Assembly: GCA_004431415.1 (NCBI GenBank)
Contig: QPMI01000457.1
Coordinates: 310,001-374,000 of the forward strand
Reading direction: 5' to 3'
Length of the DNA stretch: 64,000 nucleotides
DNA from: Cyanophora paradoxa CCMP329
Lineage: Eukaryota; Plantae; Glaucophyta
Positions 1 through 12,400 of this stretch are shown here, piece by piece. A program made the translations under genes and the position numbers. The notes beneath the pieces were generated by a model. The model saw only the letters and a program-made list of their open reading frames with translations. It was not told where the DNA came from and ran no database searches. Position 1 is the first letter of the stretch. Each line of letters begins with the position of its first letter.

Positions 1-439
1 CGTATACCTATACCCCTGCCGGCCGACACACGTACCCGTGCCTAGCTCAGCTGAGTCAGCGCCAGCTCCGCGCGCGGGGATCCGATATCGATATCGATGA
101 TCGATGATGCGCATCCGGATCCGCCTGGCCATGGCGGCCCTTCCGGAAGGGGGGGGCGCGCTGCGGCTGCGCCGGCGCGTACGCGTCTCGCCGCGGGCGC
201 GGCCAGCCGGCGCCGGCGGCGGGCACTCAATAAGTGAGCGATGTACATCTTCACGCACAATTCGATACCGTGCGATCATGGGCACGTTCAAAACGATCGA
301 TGAAAGCCTGTATTTCTCGATAAACTGCCTAGAGCGAAACCCTACCGCGAGCTAACAGATAACGTACAGCGAGCAGTGGATGGGAAAAGAGGGGCGCAGG
401 GGAGAGGAAGGGGGGGAAATGCGGGGAGGATGTGGGGGG

Positions 440-3400
440 TCATTCCTTGGAGCAGAGGATGGCGGCGCCGCGGAGGATCCACTTCTGGGGGGCGTCGATG
501 GTGGGCATGTCGACGGGGAAGACGAGGTTGTTGTCCGTGCGCGTCGGGAGCTTGTAGCACGGCAGCTCGCACGTCGCGGGGGCGTTCGAGCCCGGCGCGC
601 CCCCGGCCGCCGCCTTCTCCGACGCCACGACGGCCGTCACGAAGAGCACCGGCAGCGCGTAGAAGAGCAGCTGCGCGCGGCGCGGCGCCGTCAGATTTGG
701 AGGGTCGGGGGAGGCGGAGGCGGTGAGGGCAGGGAGGGCGGGGCGGACCTTGGGCGGGGCGTCGACGAGGGCGGCGAGCTTGCGGTCCCAGGCGGCGCCC
801 TCGAGGAAGAGGCCGTGGATGTAGACGCCCTCCGCCGGCGCCTCCCGCACGTCGTCCCGCTCCAGCTTCGTCACCTCCGTCGAGAAGACGACGTCGTCCA
901 GCGCCCAGCCGCTGTGCTTCCGCGTCACCTCCTGCTTGACGGCGGTGAGGAAGCCCTGGGGGTTGAAGAAGCCGGTGAGCCAGTAGCAGTTCGGCCGCCC
1001 GACGTTGACCCAGCTCGTGAGCTGCTCGGTCCGCTGGAGGAGCGCGGCGAACCAGGCGCCGACGGTGGGCGAGGGCCAGGAGAGGCGCGCCCAGGCCGCC
1101 GGGACGCGGGCGTCGTACAGCGCGTTGAGCGCGTCCTGCAGCTCGGCGCTCATGACGATGGTGCCGGCGATGGCGAGCTTGAGCTCGAGGAGCGTGCGGC
1201 GCGCGGCGGCGATGACGGCCTGCAGGCGCTCGACCTCCTGCCCCACGAAGATGGAGAGGGGCTTGGTGGCGCCCTGCCTCGCGAGCCGCTCCTTCGTGGC
1301 GTCCCGGTTGAAGTCGGGCGGCATGCGCGCCAGCAGGTCGTCCGCGATCTTGAGGACGGCCTCCTCGCGCGTCACCCCGCCGGCCCCGCCCCCGCCCTTG
1401 GGCTGCGTCTCCAGCGCCGTGGCGAGCGCCGCCTTGGCCTCCTTGGTGCGGAAGGTGAGGTCGGCGTTGGCGTGGAGGCCGAAGATCTCGGGGTTGTCGA
1501 CGATCGGCAGGGAGTCGATCTCGGAGCGGAACTTGGTGATCTCGGAGCCCTGGGGGACGCGGTAGCCCGTGTAGAAGAGGAAGTCGGGCTCGAAGACGCG
1601 GGGCGCGAGGTACGTGTCGGCGTACGTGTTGAAGAGGCGCCGGTCCATGTCGTCCGTGATGCGCCCGCCGTACTGGATCTCGGCCACCATGTACCGCACC
1701 GTGACCCACGAGATGCCGGCCCCTATCGCCTGCCCGCCGGCGCCGAACCCGAAGCCGCGCTTGCCCGTGGCGGCCGCCGAGCTCTCGAGGCCCGTGAGGT
1801 GGTTCTGCAGGAACTTGACGCACGCCTCGAGGTCCGACTGGTTGAACTCGTAGGGGACGTTCCAGCCGAGGGGGCCGAACTTGCGGCGCTCCTGGACGCA
1901 CGAGTGGAGGAAGCAGAGGGTGTAGAGGAGGGAGCGCCACTCGGGGCGCGAGACGGCGTCCAGCATGTCCTGGTTGATCCACTGGTACGAGCGCTTGAGG
2001 CCGGCGCGCACGCCCTGCGGCGCCTCGTTGGTGATCTTGATGGCCATCTGGAGGAGGCCGATGGGGAAGCGCGGGTGCGGCTCGCTGGTGATCCAAAGGC
2101 GGAACTCGGCGTCGACCTCCTCGGCCTTGACGAGGGTCGCCTCGACCTCGAGGAGGAACTTGAGGCCGAGGTGGCAGTTCTGGAGGAGGACCCAGTTGCC
2201 CTGGGCCATGCCGTTCGCGATGAGCTTGCGGGCCTGGACCTCCTGCCCCTGGCCCATCGAGATGCTCGTGATGACCTTCTTCTTCTTCCGCGCCAGCTCC
2301 GTGATGTCCTTCGTCGGGTCCGAGCCGGCCGACAGCAGGCACACGAGGGGCACGCGCGGCGAGCTTTCCGCCCACGTCGCGTCCAGGTTCAGCGGCTGGC
2401 CCTCCACGAACTTGCGGCCCAGCACGGCCTCGATGTACTCCTGCGCGGCGAGCATCGTCCGGTCCTCGCGGATCGCCCGCACGATGCAGAGGCGGTAGAA
2501 GCGCCCGACGGCCCCCAGCGCCTCCAGCCGCTCCTGGTACTCGGGGACGGGGAGGCCCTCGGGGGCCTCCGCGTCGTACCAGGGCCGCCACGTCTGCTCC
2601 GCGCGGCACACCGAGTCGGCGAGGTCGGCGAGCGGCCCGCTGACGGCGCTGGCGCCGAGCGCGATGGTGTTGAGCCAGGCCTGGTCGGGGAGCCACGCGA
2701 AGGGCTTCTTGCGCGCGTCCTTGATGTCGAGCGAGGCGCCGGCCTTCAAAAAGGCGGAGAACTCCATGGGGGTGACGGTCCCCGCGGCGAGCTGGATCTT
2801 GAGGGCGATGAGGAGGGAGAAGAGGAGCTTGTGGCTCTCGAAGAGGCCCCGCGAGATGAAGGCGAAGGTCTGGTACGTGAGCACGTCCACGATGTTGTGC
2901 ACGCGCCGCGTCGTGACGGCGGCCTTGTCGGCGGTGGCGATGGAGTGGTCGAAGAGCTTGAGGAACTGGGCGAGGGAGGTCTGGTACATCACGTTGATCA
3001 GGCTCGTCTCCGTGATCACGAAGTAGAGCACGGCGCCCCGGTTCGCCACCCCGCGGTACTCCTCCCGCGCCTGCGCGCCGGCGGGAGGCGAGTCAGAGGG
3101 GGCGGGACGGGGCGGCGGAGAGAGGCGGGGGCGGGGGCGGGGGCGCACGATGTCGATCTTTTTCTCGGTCTCGACGGAGTTCTGGAGCTTCTCGTTGACC
3201 TCCTGCGCCGTGTGCTTCGTGTTGTTGAGGACCTCGATGAGGGAGACGTCGTCGAGGAGGTTGCCCTGCGAGGAGGAGAGCCGCAGGAGCAGGTCGTCCT
3301 CCAGCTCCTTGATCTTCTTCGTGTTCGCCTGCACCTCCTCCAGCAGCTGCTGCCGCTGCTCCTCCAGTTCCTGCCGCTCCTTCTGCACCACGCGCCCCAG

Positions 3401-6400
3401 CAGCTGGTCCTCCAGGCCCTTCATCGTCACCGTGAAGTCGACGACGGTGACCTTGGCGGAGAGCTCGGGGGAGAAGTGCGGGTTGGCGAGCTTGGTGGTC
3501 ATGAAGAGGGAGAAGCCCTCCATGAAGTCGACCTCCTTGTCCGCCAGCACGATGATCGAGCCGCCCTTGCCCGCCTTCTGCACCGACTTCTCCAGCACCG
3601 GGTCCAGCAGCTGCGGGGGCGGAGCGCGGTCAGGCAATGGCACGGGGAACTCGGGGAGGGGAAGCGGCGGACGGGATCGATCTCCTCCTCGATGTTCTCG
3701 ATGAGGATGGGGCGCCCGTTGGAGAGGCAGTCCTCGAGGTGCTGCCGGAAGTTCTTGTCCGTCAGCTGCGTCACCTTGAGGCCGTTCTTCTCCTCCCGGT
3801 TCTTGATCCACTGCACGCCCTGGCCCTGGGGGTCGATGAGCACCGGGTACCGCGACGAGACGGTCACCATGATGCCGTTCTGCGCGGGCGCGAGCGAGAG
3901 TCAGCGCTTCCATCGAAGGGAATCGAACGAGGCGGGGCGCGCCTGGATGGAGAGCTCGTCGGTGGGGAGGCCCTGGAGGAACCACTCGCCCTTCTGGGTG
4001 TCGGAGGCCATGAACTTGGTGACCTGGAGGCCCTCGGTGACGGGGATGTTGCGGTACATGCAGTTCCCGTAGAAGTGCTTGTGGAGGAGCAGCTCGCGGA
4101 ACTCCTGGTTGAAGGGCCCGCAGTAGCTCACGAAGCTGCACGCCAGCGCCACGTCGCCCACGAGGCGCCGGATCACGTCCGCGAACTCCTTGCTCTGCTG
4201 CGTCCACCGGACCTTCTCCCCGGCGAGGCCCCCGATGAGCTCGTTGGCGACCTCCATGCGCCGCGCCGTCAGCTCCTTCTTCTCCTGCAGCAGCTGCTTC
4301 TCGTGCATGGCGTGCTCGAACTCGCGCTGCCGCTCGTCGAGGTCCGACTGCACGACGGCGAGCTCGCCCTCGGCCGACGCGACCTGCTGCAGCGCGTGCC
4401 GCAGCTTGGACTCCTTGGCCATGAGCGCCTCGAGCTTCGGGCCGACGTCCTTGCGGCAGGCGGTGTAGACGCCCATGGCGCGGATCCAGGCGCAGAGGCC
4501 GGCGATGGCCCCCGCCGCCTTCTTGGCGCCCTCGTAGGTGAAGTCCTCCATGGCGAGGTACGGCTGCAGCAGCTCGATCTGCTCGTCCGTGATCGTGTCC
4601 TTCGGGTAGTCGATGAGGGACTCCATGAACTTGGGCTCGCCCATCACCTTGAGCGACACGTCGTACGAGTCGCCCAGGAGCTTGCGCCCCTTGTACTCGT
4701 TGTAGCGCACGGTCGCCATCGGCTTCCAGAGGAGCACGAGGACGCCGTCGAAGATGCGGCGGATGAGCTCGGGCGGATTGCGCAGCTGCTTGAGCAGCAC
4801 GATGTCCTTCTGCGAGATCTGGTTGAGCGCCGCCTTGGCCTCCTCCAGCGCCGGCTTCGCGGCCGCCAGCTCCCGCTCCGCCTCCTCCTTCTCCACCGTC
4901 ACGACGGCCGCCTGCGCGTCGCACGACTGCTTCTTGCCGAGCACCTCCGTCTTCTTCTTCTCGGCGACCATCGTCTTCTGCTGGATGTCGGTGAGCAGCG
5001 CCGACGAGCGCTTCTGCGCGTCCACGAGCTCGATCTCCTGCGCCTGCAGCTCGATCTTCATGCGGGCAACGTCCTCGCCGGCCTGCAGCAGCTTCTGGAG
5101 GCCCACGCTGACGTTGTTCGCCAGGCGCGAGACCTCGCCGAACTTCTGCCCGTAGACCGTCCGGTACGAGGTGAGGAAGGAGAGATACGTCTTGGGCGTC
5201 ACGTAGACGTGCCGCCGGAACTTCTGGAAGTACTCCTGCGTGACCGTCGTGACGGTGGCGTGCACGTGGCCCATGTGGAGCACGAGCTGCTGCTTGACCG
5301 AGGCCGGGCACTCCATCTTGAACTCGCCGATGTACTTGCTGGCGACGTCCTTGAGGGCCTCCTCGGGCCACGGCATGAACCAGTCGACGGTGCAGGAGTT
5401 GATGAGGCCCGGGAACTTGCGCGCCCGCACGCGGAACTTCTCGCCGACGGGCGAGAAGCAGAGGACGACGTGGAGGTTGTCGCGGACGCGGTCGATGAAG
5501 AGCTTGTAGAGGTTGTCGTACGTGTCGATGAAGTCCTTGAAGAAGCCCTGCTTCTGCTGCGCCTTGACGACCGTGCGGAGGTCGTTCACGATCATGTCGA
5601 TCTCGTCCTTCTGGAAGAGGTTCGGGACCTCGCCCGTCGAGAGCAGGTTGTTGATGTACTCGAGGAATCCCTCGTCCTTGACCTCCGCGTCCGTGAAGAT
5701 GAAGGTCATGCCCTTGCCCTGCAGGCCCGTGAACTTGTAGAGCGTCCGCATGTCGTCCAGCAGGTTCATCACGCTGTACTGCTTCGTGAGCGTGATCTGG
5801 AAGGTGTGGTAGCCGGCGATGTACGAGGCGAGGCGCGTGAGCGACTGCTTGCCGGAGCCGCCGACGCCGACGAGGAGCGCGGAGCCGCGGTCCATGCGGA
5901 TGATGCGGGAGATGCGGACGAGGTGGCGGATGGCGTCGAGGAAGAGGACGAGGTCGAGCTTGCGGACGCGGGACTCCTCGTTGAAGGACTTCATGTAGGC
6001 GTCGAGCCGCGCCCGCAGCACCTTGACGTCGTCGATCGGCTCGTAGACCTTGGGCGCCGAGATCAGCTCGCCCGTCTCCGGGTCGTCGTACGCATCTGCA
6101 CGGGAATGAGGCGGCGGCCGCGGAGCGGGGCTTCCAGCTTATTGAGAGCGAACGCACCGCGCATGAAGTCGACCCAGAAGACCTCCTTGGTGAGGGAGCC
6201 GGCGAGGGTCTTGCCGTAGCGCTCCTCGGCGACGGAGAGGATCGCCTTCTCGAACCACTTCTTGTCCTCCGCGTCGACGAAGCGGTCGGAGAAGACGCGG
6301 TCGCACTCGTGCTTCCACAGGCTCAGCAGCGTCGCGTCCGTCGCCACGATCGAGCGCGGCGGCTGCGGGGCGGGGCGGTTAGCCGACAGTCGACAGCGGA

Positions 6401-9400
6401 GAGCGCACAGCGAGGGATGGGAAGAACGGACGTAGAGGATGCCCTGGAAGATGCGGGAGAGGTCGCGCATGTTGAAGAGGTAGTGGAACTTGGCCGGCGT
6501 CGGGAGCATCTTCGCCGCCACGCGCTCCCACAGCGTGATCGTCGCCTCCGTCAGCGTCGCGACCATCTGCGCGCGGGGCGTGAGCTAGATTGCTCTCGAG
6601 CGGTCCAGGAGAGAGAGCGGATCCGGACCTTCAGGAAGTCCTCGTCGGCGGACTTGGAGGAGAAGCGGCCGCGCAGGATGGAGCCGAACATGGTGTCGAT
6701 GGAGCCCTTGGAGGGGAGCGTCATGTTGTAGATCGCGAAGTGGCGCTTCAGGCGGTTCGGGATGTCGTTCTTGCCGGCGCCCGGCTGGTTCATGGCCGCC
6801 ACGAACGAGAGGTCGACGATGTGCTTCCACTCGCCCGGCTTCTCGAGGTTGTAGAAGCCGTCCGCCTCGATCAGCTGCCGCACGATCTCGTTGGTCACCT
6901 GGTCGCCCCACTCGTTGATGTCCGGCATGCTGATGTCGTCCATGAAGACGATCAGGTTCTTGCCGCCCGCCGGCCCGAAGTTGCGGCCCTGGCGCTTCTC
7001 GACCATCCCCTCGATCGCCCGCTGGTAGAGCAGCGGCGTCGTCGCCGACGAGAAGTTGACCTTCTTCGTCAGCGTCGTCTCCGGGTTGGCCTTCAGCAGG
7101 TACTGCTGTATGACGGCCGTCTTGGCCGTGCCCGTGCCGCCGACGAAGAGAACGCCGTGGTGCTGCCGCCCCACCAGGTGCACCAGGTGCTCGTACCGCG
7201 TCGAGTCCATCGTCGGCACGAACAGCCTGCGCGCGCGAGCGTCGGCGGATCGGCCCTCTGCGAAGAGCGGTGCGATCGCAAACGGCCGCGCACGTGGAGA
7301 ACTGCGGGTCGCCGCCCTCCGGGTACTTCCAGGTGGGGATCCGCTTCGTCCAGGACTCCCACTTGAAGTTGTCGTTGTCGACGACGTACTCGAAGATCGT
7401 CTCGCACTCCTTCACCTCCGGCATGTTCTTCGAGCCCTGCCGCAGGAACTCTGCGGGCGACGTCAGCGCGCTGCCGAGACGGAGGGCGAGGGAGTCCGCT
7501 CCGCCGCGCACGGTCGAACTTGAAGCGGTCGCGGATCTCGAGGACGCCGCCGAGGGACCAGGAGAGGGCGTAGAGGAAGACCTTCTCGAGGTGCGCCTCG
7601 CCGTAGAACTCGTCCAGCGTCGGGCCCGTCAGGCGGTCCGTCGGCGGCGGCTCGCTCAGCAGCGGGTCCAGCATCTTGCAGATCGTCGAGACGACGTTGC
7701 CCTGCTGGTTGGAGATCACGACGCGAGTCTCCTTGCGCAGGAACTCGAGCGTCGCGTCGATCCACTTGTCGAAGAGCGCCTGCAGCACCGGCTGCTCCCG
7801 CACGTTGCGCGTCGCGAGCCACGAGGCGACGGGCGGCCGCCAGCCGAGCTCCGAGTCCGAGATGTAGATGATGCCGGCGCGCGAGACCGTGGCCGGCGAC
7901 GCCTTCGCGAGGTTCTCCACCTCGAAGATGAGCTTCATGTTCGGGCCCATCGGGATGCGGTCGCCGTTGGCGAGCGTCAGGAGCTTGTTGTCGTCCAGCA
8001 CCGTGTTCAGGTTCTCGATCCAGACGGCGTCGACGGGGCCGTCCAGGGTGATCCAGGTGTGGTGGTTCTTGGTCTTGCAGGCCTTGCGCCACAGCGCGGC
8101 GAAGATGCCGTCCGTCCAGTCGTTGGTCACGACGTCGAGGCGGCCGAACATCTGCGGCGCCGTGATCGCCTTCGGGTTCATGCGCAGCTCCTTGTGGACC
8201 GTGCCCGTCTCCGTGAGGCCCTTCATCAGGATCTCGATGCAGCGGGTCTTGCCCGAGCCCGACGGCCCCACGACCATCAGGCCGTGCCGCACACGCGACA
8301 TCTCGTACAGCTGCACGATCTTGTTCACCCTGGCGCGAGACCCGTGATCAGGCGGGCCGGAGGGGCCGGGGCGGAGATCAGAGCAGAAGCGGGTACCAGT
8401 CGGGGTGGGGCTGGAGGGAGGCCTCGGCGATCTGGTTGCCCACGGCCTTCTCGACGTCCAGGTAGCGCGCTGCGCGGGGGAAGGCGCGTCGGATCGCGCC
8501 CCGGTTGCTTCAGGGGGCGGAGGCGGGGGCTGGCGGACCCTTGTCGACGGTGATGCCGGGGAAGAGGTCGTTGATGAGGGACATGAAGAGGGGCACGTCC
8601 TCCGCCACGAACTTGGAGAGGTTCATGTCGCGGAGCGTGCGCATGAGCAGCACGATCTCGGGCTTCTCCGTGTCCGCCCGCTTCACGTCGCCGGCGGTGC
8701 GGAGCACGGCGAGGATGTTGCGGAGGCCGAAGTCGTAGTGGGCCTGCTTGGAGAGCTGCTGCTCGCAGAGGCGGTAGAGCACGTTGAACTTCTTCGCGAG
8801 ACTCGTGTTCTCCAGGAAGCCGCACGCCGCGAGCTTGACCTTCATGATGATCTGCCGGTCGGGCACCATCATCGCCACGCCGCGGAAGAGCGTCTTCAGG
8901 TTCTCAGGAAGCTCCTGGCGCCCGGCGTAGCCCGGGTTCATCGTGATGAACGAGGCGGTGCGCGAGTCGAGGCGGATCAGCTGCCCGTCGGTGAAGACAA
9001 GGCTGTCCCGGTGCTCCCGCGCCGCCGTCAGCACGCACTGGATCTGCTGCGCCACCACCGACAGCACCTGCGCGACCGCGTCAGCGCAGGAGCGAGCGGG
9101 GCGCGGGGCGAGCGGGCGGGCGGGCGCGCCTCGAGGTCGATGCGGTTGAACTCGTCGAAGCAGCCCCAGGCGCCGGACTGGGCGAGGCCCTTGAAGATCT
9201 TGGCCATCGCGCGGTAGTCCATCTGGTCCGAGCAGTTCGTCACGACGACGAACTTGCCCAGCGTCCGCCCCAGGTCCTTCACGGTCTCCGTCTTGCCCGT
9301 CCCCGCGGGGCCGGCGGGGGCGCCCCCCAGGTACATGCCGATGGCCTGGGAGAGCGAGATGTAGCAGCGGTCCGTGAGGGGCGTGATGACGAGCCGCTCC

Positions 9401-12400
9401 TTGCAGCCGAGGTACTCGTAGCAGTACTCGAAGTCCACGTCGGCGATCGAGATGATGCTGTAGGGGGATGGATTAGCTGCAGGTCTGCAGAGCCAAAGCA
9501 CGAGGCCCTCCTCACCAGTTATCCTTGTCCTCCTTCCAGTACAGGCGGCAGCACTTCTGCCACTCGAAGTCCTGCGTGTCGCGGACCTTCTTGCGCACCA
9601 GCGCCTCGAACGTGTCCTTCTGGTGGACCTGCGGGGAGACGGGAGGGGTCAGGGGGGCGGGCGTTTCGTCTCGGGCGCGGGGCGCCGGAGCCGGCTCGGC
9701 TCGCCTGGATGGTGATGAGGGTCTCGATCTTGGTGCGGTCCATGCGGGTGAGCTCCCGCGTGGTCGACTGCGTCAGGTCAGCCAGGACCTGCTGGAACTT
9801 CTTGTTCGTGTTCGCCATGATCTGCTTGTCCGCCTTGCTCCGCTGCAGCGCCTCCTCCGCGTCCGCCGTCCATGCGAGCTGGATGCCGAGAAGCGTAACC
9901 TGGGCCGGGTACCGCTCGATGAACTCGTCGAGGGGCATGGCCTGGCAGTCGGCGGCGGCGTTGCGGACGATGTCCTTGAGCGTCCGCTGCATCTCCTTCT
10001 CGAGCTTGTTGAGCCAGTCCTCGATGTTGCCGGCGGCGATGACGGGCGTGGAGAGGGGCACCGACTCGCCCTCGGCCGAGTGCATGACGGTGATCTTGTT
10101 CTTGTCGAGGCGGTCGAAGGTGACGGAGGCGATCGAGTCGAAGAGGAGCTGGAGGTGCGGCTGGACGGCAGTCGGGTCCGAGCCCTGCGAGAGGATCTCG
10201 AGCAGGTTCGCGTCGGCGACGAAGTAGAAGCGGGGGAAGAGGTTGCGCTTCGCCTCGAGGTAGCCGGAGAGGGACTTCTGGCAGAGCTCGAGCTGCTCGG
10301 TGAGGTGCGGGAGGAGGGAGCGGAGCATGTCGTTGTGGTAGCACATCTGGATGACGTTGCGGATCTCGAAGGCCTTGTTCATGATCTTCATGTAGTTCTT
10401 GTCGATCTGGATGAAGCGCTTGGCCTCCTGCGGCATCTGCTTGGCGATGTCGCCCGACGCGAAGACGGCCTCCATGTTGATCCACAGGTTCTGCACGGTC
10501 ATCCAGCTCTCGATGATCTCGCTGATCGTCGAGAGCTTCTTGTCCCACGACTCGGCCTCATCCCGGAACGGCGCCACGTAGCTGAGGGGCGTCAGGGACG
10601 CAGGCGGACCCGAGGCCCGGGCGGGAACGGGGTCGGCGCACCGGTTGGAGAGCATGGCGCCGAGGGACATCTGCGAGTCCTCGAGCTTCTCGATGAGCTC
10701 GCTCGTCTCCTGGCTCTTGAGCAGCACGGGGCCCTGGGCGGAAGAGAGTCAGCAGCTCATCGATTCCGAGGCGGGCCAAGGGCACGCGGCGGGGCCCGGG
10801 GGGGGAGGGGCTAGGCGGGGGGGGGGGGGAATGGGAAGGGGGGGCGTAGGGGGAAAGGGGGGGGGAAAGGGGTTGGGGAGGACGGGGGGGGGGGAAGGGG
10901 GGGGGAAAGGGGTGGGGGAAGGGTTGGGGAGGACGGGGGGCTGGGGGGGTGGGGGGGGGGGGGGGGGGGGGGGGCTGGCGGGGCGCACCCGGTTCTTGAA
11001 GTTGGCGAAGGTGAGGACCTGGTCGGCCCAGTCGTCGGCGATCGCCTTGAGCTTGCTCTCGATCTGCGTCTCCTTGACGGCGCCGTTCGCGATGTCCTCG
11101 ATCTCCTCCTTGAAGTGCAGCAGGTTGAGGTCCATGATGTGCGAGAGGCGGAGCGTGTCGCCGGCCATCGCGAAGTGCTTCCCCGTGATCTGCATGATCG
11201 AGTTCCAGTGCCGGGGCCGCATCGCCTTGTTGGAGAGGAGCTGGAGGAGGGGCATCAGGTCGAGGAAGTCGTCGATGATCTGCTTGAGCTCCTTGTAGGC
11301 GTCCCAGTCGCGCAGGCCCTTGGGCATCTTCTTGCAGCGCGTCTGGAAGTCGGCGACCTGGGCGGACATCGCCTCGATGTTGAGGACGACGTCGGCCCAG
11401 AGGATGTCCGCGTAGCCGCCGATGACCGTCGTGACCTCCACGTAGAGCGAGTAGAGGCGGTCCAGCAGCGCCAGCTCCTTCTTCGTCTTCACCAGCTCCG
11501 GGTACTCGGTGACGGGCAGCCCGAAGAGCTCCTCCCCGATCGTGAAGGTCTCCCACTTGCGCTCCATCGCCTCGTACATGCGCTGGAACTTGCGCAGCCG
11601 CTCCGACGCGTCCCGCGGCTCGAGCCCCGGGAGCATCGGCCCGTGCGCCTCGTAGTCCAGGCGGAAGAGCCGCACATCGTTCTTGAACTTCTTGACGGCG
11701 AGGATGAGGTCGCGCTTGAAGCCGCCCTGCAGCTGGTTGAGGTTGTCCTGCACGTCGTTCGCCACCTTCTTGAGCTTCTTCCACGAGAGGCGGATCTCGG
11801 CGACGGCGTCCTGCTCGTCCTTCGGGATCTTCGCCTCGTAGCGCTTGAGCAGCTGGTACTTGTCCTCGACGGGGCCGAACCAGCCGTCCGCCTCCGCCTC
11901 GCGCACGCGGACCTCCTTGAGGACGCCCATGACGATGCGCACGTCCTCGATGTCCTTGATGGGCCGCTTCAGCCGCACGCCCGTCTCGTTGATCGTCGCC
12001 GTGATGGCGTCCAGCTCCTCGCGGGCCTGCGCGTGCAGGTTCCGCGTGTACTGCGACCGCCAGGCCATCGCCTCCCGCCGCAGCGCCTCCTTGAGCGACT
12101 TGGTCTCGAGCGAGAGGGCCCCGAGGTTGTGGACGGGCGTGATGTGCCCGATCTCGTGGTCCAGCTTCTCGTACTTGATGAGCTCCTGCTCGAAGTCCTC
12201 CAAGGACGGGTTCCCCGCCATGAACTTGCCGTACACCGTCTGCATGTCCTCCTTCCAGAGGTAGTCGTAGACGCGGAAGGTCTCCAGGTACGCGTTCACC
12301 TGGTTCTTGATGCCCTCCACGCTCCCCGTGAGCAGCAGGATGACCTTGACGATCTCCTTGTCGCTGGCGATCTCGCTGTAGAAGGACTCGAGCTGGCCGG

